A stretch of 57,020 nt of DNA from a virus (lineage: Duplodnaviria; Caudoviricetes), in the IMG/VR virus record IMGVR_UViG_3300037762_000135, positions 1-57,020 of that record; one strand, 5' to 3'. Below the pieces are notes generated by a model that saw only the letters and a list, made by a program, of their open reading frames with translations, was not told the DNA's origin and did no database searches. Both the position numbers and the translations under genes were made by a program. Shown in pieces: positions 47,189 to 56,914 of the stretch (its first letter is position 1; each line of letters opens with the position of its first letter).

Positions 47189-48145
47189 ATGGCTTTCAAT
47201 AGCTTAATTGACCGCACAGGCGCTCAGGCACTCATTCCCGAAGATGTAAGTCGGGAGATTATTCAAAATGTGCCAGATATGAGCGCCGTGATGCAATTGG
47301 CCCGACGGCTGCCAAACATGAGCCGCAACCAGCGCCGCTTGCCGGTGCTTTCCGGTTTAATCACCGCCTACTTTGTGAGTGGTGATACCGGCCTCAAGCA
47401 AGCCTCAAATGCAAGCTGGACAGATAAATTCATCAACGCCGAGGAACTGGCCGTTATCGTGCCGATTCCCGAAGCCGTCCTTGACGATGCAGATTATGAC
47501 ATCTGGGGCGAGGTACGACCGCGAATTGAAGAAGCGTTTGGCGCTGCCTTTGACCGCGCCGTGCTGTTTGGCACCAACGCGCCATCCGATTGGCCTGATG
47601 ACCTGCTGGCCGGCGCAACCAGCGCCAGCAATACCGTCACGCTCGGAGCGGGCGCAGACATCTACGACGACATCATGAGCGACGGCGGCGTTATTGCCAA
47701 GGTCGAAGAAGATGGCTTCATGGTGAATGGTCATGTTGCGGCCGTTTCGATGCGCTCCAAACTGCGCGGCCTGCGGGATGCCAACGGTAACCCGATCTTT
47801 GTTCGCGTGGTGCAGGAAGGATCGCAGTACGAACTAGACGGCGCACCGATGTTCTTCCCGCCTTCTGATCCGACCTATGGCGCGTTTGATGCTGCTCAAG
47901 CATTGATGTTCAGCGGCGATTGGAATCAATTGGTGTGGAGCGTTCGCCAGGACGTGACCTACAAATTGCTTGACCAGGCGGTGATTCAAGATGGTGCCGG
48001 AAACATCGTGCACAACCTGGCACAGCAAGACATGGTTGCCCTGCGCGCTGTTATTCGCCTCGGCTGGCAGTTACCCAATCCAATCAACCGCCAGCAAACG
48101 ACAGAAGCAAGCCGGTATCCCTTCGGTGTGCTTCTGCCCACATAA
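47189..48145 (+). CDS. Major capsid protein (HK97 fold)
   Basis: LIPE....EI, ELAVIVPIPE.VLDD, L.DANG.P, GDW, NL.QQDMVALR. Confidence 0.93.
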   Translation: MAFNSLIDRTGAQALIPEDVSREIIQNVPDMSAVMQLARRLPNMSRNQRRLPVLSGLITAYFVSGDTGLKQASNASWTDKFINAEELAVIVPIPEAVLDDADYDIWGEVRPRIEEAFGAAFDRAVLFGTNAPSDWPDDLLAGATSASNTVTLGAGADIYDDIMSDGGVIAKVEEDGFMVNGHVAAVSMRSKLRGLRDANGNPIFVRVVQEGSQYELDGAPMFFPPSDPTYGAFDAAQALMFSGDWNQLVWSVRQDVTYKLLDQAVIQDGAGNIVHNLAQQDMVALRAVIRLGWQLPNPINRQQTTEASRYPFGVLLPT

Positions 48146-48153
48146 GGCGGTGC

Positions 48154-48774
48154 ATGATGAGTTTCTATCCTTTTAATCCAAACCTGGCAGCAAATGCCCA
48201 GCAGCAAACCGATGCGCCGGGCGTTGAGGTATCCCGCGCTTTTCTGGCGCGACTGAGCCTGACCGCTGCTCAGGCAGCCACGGCCGATGCAGATGGCGTT
48301 CTTGCGGCCGTCACCGACAACGAAGCGGAGCAGGTAATCACGACTGGCATCACCAACCCGCCATACGCACGAAACATCACGGCTACGGCCGGAGGCACCG
48401 CTGGCGACATTAAAGCGATTCAGGTAATTGTGGCTGGCACGAATCTGGCCGGTGAAGCGATTACCGAAACGCTGCCCGCCTTCACGGTGGACACGGCCGG
48501 AGCCGTTACGGGTGACAAGGCTTTTGCCACAGTAACCAGCATCACAATTCCGGCGCATGACGGCACGGGTGCAACAACGGCCGTAGGTTTTGGCGACAAA
48601 ATCGGCTTGCCCGATTACTTGCCGACCAACACCGTTTTACTCGCTGCATTGGCTGGCACGCTTGAAAGCACGGCCGCGACGGTCGTTGCCGACGCTGACG
48701 AACTTGAAAAGAACACGGTGGATTTGAACAGCGCCTTAAACGGGACCGCTGTTGATGTCTACTATTTAGTTTAG
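48154..48774 (+). CDS. Capsid decoration-like structural protein
   Basis: A/T/G-rich; follows the capsid gene. Confidence 0.55.
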   Translation: MMSFYPFNPNLAANAQQQTDAPGVEVSRAFLARLSLTAAQAATADADGVLAAVTDNEAEQVITTGITNPPYARNITATAGGTAGDIKAIQVIVAGTNLAGEAITETLPAFTVDTAGAVTGDKAFATVTSITIPAHDGTGATTAVGFGDKIGLPDYLPTNTVLLAALAGTLESTAATVVADADELEKNTVDLNSALNGTAVDVYYLV

Positions 48775-48792
48775 CTCAAAGGAAAAAAGATT

Positions 48793-49209
48793 ATGACTGT
48801 TGAGGTAAATCCAGGGCCGCAGCAACGCGGCAGAATGACAATCAAAATTACCGGCGCAGCTTCTACCGCTGGCGGCGGACTAGGTGCCGTCGCCAACCTT
48901 GAAGGCGTTCCGGTGCTAATCACGCGCAGCCAGCTTTATGTAGAGACGCCCAGCACGGGCGCGGCCAATCTCGGCATTGGCGTTGTGGCCGCTGCTACCA
49001 CGGCGGGAACCGATGTGCTTAATGACCTGGCCGTAAATGGCTCTATCACCGGCAAGGTCTACAACGGCAACACCATACAGGTGACCGCAAAGACTGAAAT
49101 CACAGCCCCGGCCGTATGGACGGCTGCGAAATTCCTGACCTTTACCGGCAGCGCTACAACGGCCGGTTTTGTTGGTTGGCTATTCATTGAGTACGTGAGA
49201 CTGACCTAA
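48793..49209 (+). CDS. Structural (decoration-like) protein
   Basis: Beta-rich; position. Confidence 0.5.
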   Translation: MTVEVNPGPQQRGRMTIKITGAASTAGGGLGAVANLEGVPVLITRSQLYVETPSTGAANLGIGVVAAATTAGTDVLNDLAVNGSITGKVYNGNTIQVTAKTEITAPAVWTAAKFLTFTGSATTAGFVGWLFIEYVRLT

Positions 49210-49607
49210 TGGCAGCTACAGCAGCGATGCGAGCGCGGCTGCGTCGGATGGTTGACGAGCCGACGACCGCCACGTATGACGACGATGCGCTAGATGATTA
49301 CATCGAAGCGTATCCAGTGCGTGACAGTCTGAGAAACGATCCGACTGACACCGACTGGACGGCCTCATATGATCTTCACGCTGCCGCATCTGACATCTGG
49401 ATAGAAAAAGCCGGGCTAGTGTGGGACAAATTCAACTTTACGTCCATCGGTGAAGCAACTTACCAACGCAGCACCAAGTATGACAATTGCATGAAACAGG
49501 CACGTCACCACCGCGCCCGCGCTTCTGCGAAATCCAGAGCCGTAAAAGTCGAGCCGGAGCCATCCTCAACTGATTGGATTGGCAACCTGGCGGAGGAAGA
49601 TGATTAA
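49209..49607 (+). CDS. Head-tail connector / adaptor
   Basis: RLRRMV.E...YDL.AAA..IW..KA; position. Confidence 0.65.
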   Translation: MAATAAMRARLRRMVDEPTTATYDDDALDDYIEAYPVRDSLRNDPTDTDWTASYDLHAAASDIWIEKAGLVWDKFNFTSIGEATYQRSTKYDNCMKQARHHRARASAKSRAVKVEPEPSSTDWIGNLAEEDD

Positions 49608-49822
49608 TGTCACAGATTACGTATAAGGCCAAAGACGGCCGTTTGATGGAAGTTGGCGACTGGGAAACCGTACGCCGCTCCATTCTAGAGCGGTCCGGCT
49701 GGGCGCTGGTGGAAGAGCCGCAAGAGGTTGAGGCAGAACCGGAAACGGTTGAAGAGCCGACGCCAGCAGCGCCCAAGCCCGCACCCAAAAAGCAAGCCAA
49801 AAAGGCAACCAAAGCTAAATGA
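49607..49822 (+). CDS. Hypothetical protein
   Basis: TAATG overlap. Confidence 0.55.
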   Translation: MSQITYKAKDGRLMEVGDWETVRRSILERSGWALVEEPQEVEAEPETVEEPTPAAPKPAPKKQAKKATKAK

Positions 49823-50331
49823 ATGACAGCACCGTACTAGAGGCCGTTCGTGACATCCTGGAGGCCATCACACCACCGGCAACCCCGGCTGGCGATCTGA
49901 TCGTGCTGGTTTCGCCAGATGACGAACCGTTCACCATAGAATCCTTCCCAACAATCATTATCGAACATGATTATTGGGAAGAGGACGTGTACACACGGTA
50001 TACGCAGGCAGACAACCGGGCTACGTGGACGCTCAAAGTCAGTGTTTTTCTTGGCGAGAAGGACTTGCCCGATTACGAGATTGACACGATTGTACGGCCG
50101 TGGCACAACCCGATTAGAGCGGCGCTAATCACGAACCCGACGCTCAACGGCACTGTGGAGCATTACGGCAATGTGCAGGACGATTCGGGCGAGGCAATCA
50201 GGGCACGGACTCAGTTTTTGCACTGGTACAACCAGCCAGACGAGGAGCCGCTGAGCTATTGGGGTATTGAGCTGGTCATGAGGGTCACGCAGTCGGTTGC
50301 ATATGCCGAAACGGTGGGCATAGCGCCTTAA
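49819..50331 (+). CDS. Tail terminator-like protein
   Basis: FP.I.I and AL..NPTL.G.V motifs; position. Confidence 0.55.
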   Translation: MNDSTVLEAVRDILEAITPPATPAGDLIVLVSPDDEPFTIESFPTIIIEHDYWEEDVYTRYTQADNRATWTLKVSVFLGEKDLPDYEIDTIVRPWHNPIRAALITNPTLNGTVEHYGNVQDDSGEAIRARTQFLHWYNQPDEEPLSYWGIELVMRVTQSVAYAETVGIAP

Positions 50332-50335
50332 AGGA

Positions 50336-50635
50336 TTGATGGACATGGATTACAAAAAACTGCTTAAACAGGCTGGGGTTGAAGGCGATCAGGCTGACTA
50401 CATTGCCCGCAAGTTGAAGGCCAAAAACGTGCCGAAAGAAAAACTAAATGCGCTTGGCGGATACTTCCCCGGAACAGGGCACCTGTCAGGCGTGAACCTG
50501 AACGAGCTAGGCGCTGCGCTTTACGAGGCGGCAAACGAGCCAGAGAAGCCCACAGCACCAGATAAACCGAAAGCAAAACCGAAAGACGAACCAACGGCAA
50601 AAGAAGATACGGCCGTTAACAAGGAAGGCAAATAA
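50336..50635 (+). CDS. Hypothetical protein
   Basis: Operon context. Confidence 0.55.
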   Translation: MMDMDYKKLLKQAGVEGDQADYIARKLKAKNVPKEKLNALGGYFPGTGHLSGVNLNELGAALYEAANEPEKPTAPDKPKAKPKDEPTAKEDTAVNKEGK

Positions 50636-52104
50636 TGGCAATTGTAAAACGAAACCAGGCCGTCATCTGGAGCAACGCCCAAAATGGCAAGTTTGGCGGC
50701 TACGACACACTGGGCATCGGCCGTTACGGGGCAGAGGATGCCACCCTGCCTGGCGCTGGGCAGGATACCACCTATGTGCAGGACGAGAACGGTAATCCGT
50801 TCCTGGCCGTGCTGGCGGATACCCCGCCTGGTGGGCCGCCCAGCTTCACGATGAACTTCTTTGAGGAGTACAGCAAAAACTACCTGAGAACAGCCCGCGA
50901 ACGTGGTACTAAAATCGGCGTACAGCACCGCTTCCACCGCTACGGCGTCCTGTCCAACCCTATCGGCTGGACAAAACTCTTCCACTACGGCGGCGGGATT
51001 ATCGGTGACGAGACCCGCAGCGGGCCACAGATTGATTACAGTGGCGAGGGGCTGCGTGGTTCAATGCCGGTGAACTTCAAGACGGCATTTGAGTACATAC
51101 GGCCGGAACTGACAGCGCTTGACCTGCCGGACGTGGTAGCCGATGCGCTTGATGTGTATTTCATCGGCTCCATCCTCAAGGACGTGACGGCCTATCCTGG
51201 TCCTGATCAAGTTGGCTTTGTGGCAATGCAGGCGGCTGCTGGCGTGGCTGCCAAACTGTATGTCACCAGTGACGGCGGCTCCACATGGTCGGCTGCCGAT
51301 GCTGACCCGTTTGGCGCTGATGAGGACATTGTGTCCGTTCGAGCGTTTGTCATCAATCCGCAAACCGGCGGCCGTGTAGTGGTGCAAAATGGTGATGCTG
51401 CCGAGGTCGCATGGGCTGACTTCAACTGGTCAGACCCAACAGCATTGACATGGACCACGGTTGCCACGACCGGCAACGGCAAGAAATTTGGTTGGCGATA
51501 CTTTAAGGAATTGCTGATTGCCACCGCGTCCGGTGTGTTTGTCTCGCAAGACGCCGGTGAAAGCATTGCCAGCACATTATCCAGCAACGCCAACATTACC
51601 GGCTTTACCTTTACGCCAGATGACCCCGACATTGAGCCATACGCCTATGCTTTTGGCGCGTCTAACACGCTGCTGCGTAAGCTCAAGGGTTCGAACTCTG
51701 TTGATACCCTGGTCGGCCCCGCAGGCGGTGGCGCGTTTACCTCCTTAGCGGTGTGCAATGACGGGACGCTGTGGGCTGGCAACGGTACTAGTATTTACCG
51801 TAGTTCAGATGGCGGCACAACGGCCGCAGGCTGGACAGCGGTTAAAGATTTTGGTAGCGGCATGGCAGTGGTTGGCATCGGGCCTGTGAAAAACGATCCT
51901 GAGTTTCTACAAGTGGTTGTTGACGATTCCGCGCCAGGCGACGGCACGGTCTGGATTACTGCGGACGGCGTGACGTTTGAGGAAATCACTACGCCAGCAA
52001 ATGACGGGCTAAATGCCGTGCATTTTAGCCAATCTGACCAACTTGCTATCGTGGTGGGCGATGATGACGCAACAGAACCTTTGATTTTCAAACTGGCCGC
52101 TTAA
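50635..52104 (+). CDS. Probable major tail protein fused to an Asp-box (BNR) beta-propeller
   Basis: Position; TSDGGSTW, SQDAGES, SSDGGTT and TADGVTF repeats. Confidence 0.6.
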   Translation: MAIVKRNQAVIWSNAQNGKFGGYDTLGIGRYGAEDATLPGAGQDTTYVQDENGNPFLAVLADTPPGGPPSFTMNFFEEYSKNYLRTARERGTKIGVQHRFHRYGVLSNPIGWTKLFHYGGGIIGDETRSGPQIDYSGEGLRGSMPVNFKTAFEYIRPELTALDLPDVVADALDVYFIGSILKDVTAYPGPDQVGFVAMQAAAGVAAKLYVTSDGGSTWSAADADPFGADEDIVSVRAFVINPQTGGRVVVQNGDAAEVAWADFNWSDPTALTWTTVATTGNGKKFGWRYFKELLIATASGVFVSQDAGESIASTLSSNANITGFTFTPDDPDIEPYAYAFGASNTLLRKLKGSNSVDTLVGPAGGGAFTSLAVCNDGTLWAGNGTSIYRSSDGGTTAAGWTAVKDFGSGMAVVGIGPVKNDPEFLQVVVDDSAPGDGTVWITADGVTFEEITTPANDGLNAVHFSQSDQLAIVVGDDDATEPLIFKLAA

Positions 52105-52107
52105 TGG

Positions 52108-52836
52108 ATGACGATTAACACCGAAATAACGCTTTCTGATGAACGGCCGTGTGTCGTGCGTAGGCTTGGAATCTTTGAATTAGACGGCATACGCCCACCA
52201 GACACACGGCCGTTTTTGTATACCGAGATGGTGGGCGGCAATGAGATTACACGGCCGTTCGACATCACCGTTTGGGACAAGCCGCCAACGCCGCCAACGC
52301 CTGCGCAAATGGCGGCCGAACCCGGAACCGTACCTTACTATTATTATTACGAATGGTCGCTGTATTGGGCGGCGGTATACAAGGAACAAGCCAACAAAGA
52401 AGATGTAAAACGCTATTGCCAGGAGGTTGCTGCCTACATCATGGACACCTGCATACCGGCCGATGATAGAGCGCGCATTGTGACGCCTGATGATTTTCGC
52501 CAACTGTGGAGTGCGGCGTTGGTGCCACAATTGACGCTCGACGATTTGGCGATGTCACTGGACTACACATTCCGCGCCAATTTTGACGGTGAAGCGGTTC
52601 TTACGAAGATTCTTAAGGACGCTACCGATGGTGATGAAAACGAAGGCGGTGGTTACAACGCCATTCGCACCTGGGAGATTCAGGCGATAAACCAGAGTCC
52701 ATTTACCGAACAGGAATGGGCGGATTTGCCGCTCGATGAACGAGCGCGGCGGGTGGTGGCTATGAAAGTGGATGATTGGCTGGCCTATTTGACGGCCGAA
52801 AAGCAGCGCAAGGAAAAGAAAGGGGTATATGTGTAA
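52108..52836 (+). CDS. Probable tail assembly chaperone
   Basis: Position after the tail tube; EW..LP..ER C-terminal motif. Confidence 0.5.
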   Translation: MTINTEITLSDERPCVVRRLGIFELDGIRPPDTRPFLYTEMVGGNEITRPFDITVWDKPPTPPTPAQMAAEPGTVPYYYYYEWSLYWAAVYKEQANKEDVKRYCQEVAAYIMDTCIPADDRARIVTPDDFRQLWSAALVPQLTLDDLAMSLDYTFRANFDGEAVLTKILKDATDGDENEGGGYNAIRTWEIQAINQSPFTEQEWADLPLDERARRVVAMKVDDWLAYLTAEKQRKEKKGVYV

Positions 52837-53378
52837 TGGCTAACACCCTCTTCCAAATCACCAAACGACCACCGAAAGCCAGCGCACAATACAAAATTGT
52901 GCGGGATGAGGTGCGCGTGGGGCTGAACCGTGTAGGCGTGCGAACTGTCAAGGCTTATCAGAACGTCGTGAAGAATTGGCGCAATAAGCCAGGGTTTAAG
53001 TACCAGACCGGCAGCGGGCCAAGGCAGTTGTTTCTCCGTATCCAGGTCACAGGCGGACGCCGCGCTATCCAAAACTGGAAGCGCATTGACAAGACGGGAG
53101 CCAAGCCGCACACCATACGACCGAAAGCTGGCAAGAAGTTTCTACGTTTTGTGTGGGGTGGCCCTGGCAGTTACGCGCCAAAAACAAACCGTTCACCGGC
53201 GCGTTTTGGCGGGTCTGGCAGGGTAGCAAACGGCCGTGTGGTCTACCTGCGAAAAGTGAACCATCCCGGCTTTAAGCCGCGCAAATTCAGCGAGGCGATT
53301 AACAAGGACGCTATTCCGGTGCTGAACAAGGAAGTGAGGAACGGCTACCGGCGCGGTTTAAGGCGGGCGGTGAAATGA
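52836..53378 (+). CDS. HK97 gp10-like tail completion protein
   Basis: Basic; G.KPHTIRPK..K.LRF..KVNHPG. Confidence 0.65.
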   Translation: MANTLFQITKRPPKASAQYKIVRDEVRVGLNRVGVRTVKAYQNVVKNWRNKPGFKYQTGSGPRQLFLRIQVTGGRRAIQNWKRIDKTGAKPHTIRPKAGKKFLRFVWGGPGSYAPKTNRSPARFGGSGRVANGRVVYLRKVNHPGFKPRKFSEAINKDAIPVLNKEVRNGYRRGLRRAVK

Positions 53379-53683
53379 AAGTTGACATCCATTTGGCGAC
53401 GGCTCTTCTTCACCATACGCAGCTAAAAGAGCGGGCGATAGGTGTTGATTTTGACAGCGATTTAGTCATCGCCCTGCATGGCATGTGCGAACAACTGACT
53501 CTAGAAGAAATAGTCGTCAAGGTTCTGAAGGTGTCACTTGTCCAATACCTGTCCGAAATAAGGGATGAGTCACAAGAGCTTAGAAATAAGAAGCTGAGGA
53601 AAAAAGAGTACTTGAAACAAGCAGATGCGTTGATCAAGAAGGCGCAAATGGCGGCCGCGATGTTGGGGCAATTAAATGGCTGA
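53375..53683 (+). CDS. Hypothetical protein
   Basis: Overlaps both neighbours. Confidence 0.5.
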   Translation: MKVDIHLATALLHHTQLKERAIGVDFDSDLVIALHGMCEQLTLEEIVVKVLKVSLVQYLSEIRDESQELRNKKLRKKEYLKQADALIKKAQMAAAMLGQLNG

Positions 53684-56480
53684 TTACGAATTCTCTGCAA
53701 AACTAAACGCTACTGGCGTTGAGCAAACATTACGCAGCATGGAAGACTGGGTAGCGCGGCTCACTAATAATTCTGTGGGTAGTTTCGGCCGTATGGAAAA
53801 GGCGCTACTAGAGATTGCCAAAAGCAGCAAGGCAGTTGAGAAGGCGCTAAGTAATGTAAATAAAGAAGCAGATGGAGCGGGAAAGGGCGTTGAAAAAGGA
53901 ACAAAGTCCGGCTCTGCTGGTATGGGCGTTCTTGCGGGAGCCACGGCAGCTGTTACCGCGAAGCTGCTAGAAATGGGCCAGGCGGCCGTGCGCGGTTTTG
54001 CTGACATCATCAAAGGTGGCATTGAAGCGGCCAAGACGCTCGAAACCACCACCACCAGCCTGACTGGTATTCTAGGCGGCGATCCTAAACTGGCATTGGC
54101 GGCAATGGATCGCATTCGCCAGGAATCCATACGGCTAGGCGTAGACCTGACAGAACTTGCCCCGGCGTTCCTGCCGAAAGTCGAGGATTTAGACCAGTTT
54201 GCCAAGATTGGCGAGTTGGTTGCTGGGCTATCAACGCTAGACCCGGCACAGGGGCAATTCGGGGCACGTATCGCCTTGAATGAGGCTCTCGCTGGCGATT
54301 TGGTGAGCCTACGCCGTCGTTTTGAAATTGACATTGGGCCTATCAGGGCAGCACAAGAAGAGTTTGGCGAATTGGAAGGGTTGCTGATTGGCCTTGATGA
54401 GGTGCTAAAGTCACGCGGCCAGGACTTTGAGACATTGAGCCAGACGGCCACGGTCGCCATGAACCAGACAAAGCAAATCGGCGAGGATGTCAAAACAACG
54501 TTTGGCGAGCCCATCCTTGAAGCGCTAAAGGAAGATTTTCAGGGGCTTAACGAATTCCTTCTGGAGAACAAGGACACCATAGATATTATTGCCGGCAGCC
54601 TGGGCGATTTGGTTGCCGATATTGCCGATTTGAGCGGTGACCAGTTGGTGGGATTCTTGGAAGGATTAAACCTTGGGGAGTTGCAAGAGTTTATTCTCGG
54701 TGCCCAAAATCTTCTGGACATCATTCAAACAATTCAGGAGGTGCAGGCACAAAGCCAGCTACCGCAAGGTCCCCTTGGTTTGGGGGAGGATATAGGCGAA
54801 AAGATTGGCGAATTGTTCAGCCTAGAAAAGGCGCTCAACGCTGTTTTGCAAATCATGACCAGATTGAACGCAACGGCGGCAGCTGGCATAGCTGCCGTAA
54901 GCGGTTATTTTGACATCATCACGGGCATTGCCTCCGGTGACATTGAGTTTGACCAGCTATCGGAGAATTTAGATGCCCTGCAAGCATCCATAAAGACGGC
55001 GGCCTCAGAAGCTACAGCCAGCGCTAATGATTCCATAGGTGAGATGAATGAGCGGATAGCCGAAAACACCGACCGCCTGCAAGAGCGCATTGACGCCCAA
55101 AACGAATCAAATGAGGCCGACCTTGACGCGGCAAACAGTTTCCTTGCCAACCAGCAGGCGCTAGAGGCCGAGGCAAAAGCGGCCGAGGAAGCGGCGGCAG
55201 CTCAGGAAAAGTACAACGATGCGCGGGAAGAATTCGAGATTGATAAAGAGCGTGCCGGGTTTGACCTGCAGCTAAAGCAGCAACGGGCCCTGCTTGACGC
55301 TGAGATTGACTTTGCTCAAAAGCGGGAGGATATTGCCCGTAAAAATGCCGCTGCGATTGAAGATATTTACCGTAAGAACAAACAACGAATCAGTGATGCG
55401 GCCGTTGACTTGAGACGGGATGAGGAAGACATAGCCCGCAAAGGTGCACGGCAGCAAATCGAAATTGAGCGAGAAGCGGCAAATCGGCGCGTAGAGATTG
55501 AAACGGATTTTCGCCGTGAATTGCAGCGAATAAGAGACCGTTTTGATTTTGATGGCCGGGAGGCCATACGCAAAAATGATGCCGTTGCCTTTTTGGACAT
55601 TCAGCGGCAAAAAGATTTTGAACTGAGCCAGGCCAGAACGCAGAGAGACGAGGAAGTACAGGACGCTGAGGGTGCGGCCGTTGACCAGCGCCAGAAATTG
55701 CAAGAGCAACTACAGCTCCAGATTGAAGATGCAAGGATTGCCAATCAACGCAAACTTGAAGACTTACGAGTATCCTTACAGCGCGAATTACAAGAGCAAC
55801 AAATCAAATACGCCAGAGAGGTGCAAGAGGCCAGGATAGCTGAAGAGCGCAAACGTCAGGAATTATCCCGTACGTTCCAGCAGCAAAAAGAGGATTTCGA
55901 CCGTGCCTGGGAACGCAAATTACAAGACCTGGTCCGCAATTATCAGCGTGAATTACAAATCATTCAGCAGTACGAGGCGCAAAAGGCGCAGCTTATGGCC
56001 CAGTCTAGAGCACGCAGCCGGGCGCAACAAGAGGCCGAGAGTGCTGATAGAGTGCTGCTACAAAACTACCAGCGGGGGTCAACCTCAACAGAAGGAGTTG
56101 GGCAGGGAGTTCCAGCCTTGCCCACGGGCAGCGCTCCAGGCGGTGGGCACGTGTATACCGGCAATCCCAATGCCTCCGATCCGTTTGAGCGACTGAACCG
56201 CACAGGGCCGGGGCGTCAATTTGGCGGGCGCGTTAGCAGAGGCTTGCCGTACCTCGTAGGCGAACGTGGCATAGAGGCATTTGTGCCAGACCAAAGCGGC
56301 ACGATATACCCAAACTACCGCGTCAAATTCAACCCGTCAACGGCCGGTGCCACGAACAATATCACCAACAACCGGCAAACGAACTTTAACGTTGATGCGC
56401 TTATGTCTACGCTATCGCCACAGCAAATCGCCCTTGTGCAGCAGATGTTTAACCAATTGGGAATGAGCATCTATTCATGA
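53676..56480 (+). CDS. Tape measure protein
   Basis: 934 aa helical / coiled coil; GG.V..G.PYLVGERG.E.FVP..SG.I motif. Confidence 0.9.
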   Translation: MADYEFSAKLNATGVEQTLRSMEDWVARLTNNSVGSFGRMEKALLEIAKSSKAVEKALSNVNKEADGAGKGVEKGTKSGSAGMGVLAGATAAVTAKLLEMGQAAVRGFADIIKGGIEAAKTLETTTTSLTGILGGDPKLALAAMDRIRQESIRLGVDLTELAPAFLPKVEDLDQFAKIGELVAGLSTLDPAQGQFGARIALNEALAGDLVSLRRRFEIDIGPIRAAQEEFGELEGLLIGLDEVLKSRGQDFETLSQTATVAMNQTKQIGEDVKTTFGEPILEALKEDFQGLNEFLLENKDTIDIIAGSLGDLVADIADLSGDQLVGFLEGLNLGELQEFILGAQNLLDIIQTIQEVQAQSQLPQGPLGLGEDIGEKIGELFSLEKALNAVLQIMTRLNATAAAGIAAVSGYFDIITGIASGDIEFDQLSENLDALQASIKTAASEATASANDSIGEMNERIAENTDRLQERIDAQNESNEADLDAANSFLANQQALEAEAKAAEEAAAAQEKYNDAREEFEIDKERAGFDLQLKQQRALLDAEIDFAQKREDIARKNAAAIEDIYRKNKQRISDAAVDLRRDEEDIARKGARQQIEIEREAANRRVEIETDFRRELQRIRDRFDFDGREAIRKNDAVAFLDIQRQKDFELSQARTQRDEEVQDAEGAAVDQRQKLQEQLQLQIEDARIANQRKLEDLRVSLQRELQEQQIKYAREVQEARIAEERKRQELSRTFQQQKEDFDRAWERKLQDLVRNYQRELQIIQQYEAQKAQLMAQSRARSRAQQEAESADRVLLQNYQRGSTSTEGVGQGVPALPTGSAPGGGHVYTGNPNASDPFERLNRTGPGRQFGGRVSRGLPYLVGERGIEAFVPDQSGTIYPNYRVKFNPSTAGATNNITNNRQTNFNVDALMSTLSPQQIALVQQMFNQLGMSIYS

Positions 56481-56914
56481 CGAATTTATACCGTATCGCA
56501 TTGACTGAAGCTGGGCTAGAGAAGGGATTCCTTTTCAGCCTGGGTATCCCACGGCCGTCGAACCAGTTCAAAAGTTACAGCACCCAACTGCCACAGGGCA
56601 ACGGCGGGCAAAAGCGCCTTGGCTACGAAAACGACGTGTGGCAATGGATTGCCGTCACGCCTACGCAGGTCAATGAGATTTGCGAAATTGTGGAAGCGGC
56701 ATTGGCTGGCAACGGCGTGATTTATGTCACAATGCCTCGCGCCAATGGTCAGAATGCCGGGCTTGATTGGGTGGATGCTTACGGCATTCCTATCTACCCT
56801 GAGATTGTCCAGATTCAAGACGCGAATGTAAACGGCCGTGTCATTCAATCAGTGACAATGACCATCAACAATATAACGATTGTAAACGAGGTCAGCACGG
56901 CCGTTCCGGCCTAA
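56477..56914 (+). CDS. Distal tail-like protein
   Basis: Directly after the tape measure gene. Confidence 0.55.
   Translation: MTNLYRIALTEAGLEKGFLFSLGIPRPSNQFKSYSTQLPQGNGGQKRLGYENDVWQWIAVTPTQVNEICEIVEAALAGNGVIYVTMPRANGQNAGLDWVDAYGIPIYPEIVQIQDANVNGRVIQSVTMTINNITIVNEVSTAVPA

Larger units (their letters stand above)
4..56904. repeat. Dispersed, highly iterated palindrome ACGGCCGT (about 88 exact copies plus many 1-mismatch variants)
   Basis: Manual count; examples at 4, 157, 390, 1610, 10117, 10165, 10202, 13271, 13301, 13340, 38404, 38664, 52143, 52206, 52251; read as TAV, (N/D/Y/H)GR or RP in proteins. Confidence 0.97.

Noticed and set aside
52108-53683. Canonical tail-chaperone programmed frameshift
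   Set aside because: No convincing slippery heptamer with an extended alternative frame was found before the tape measure gene.
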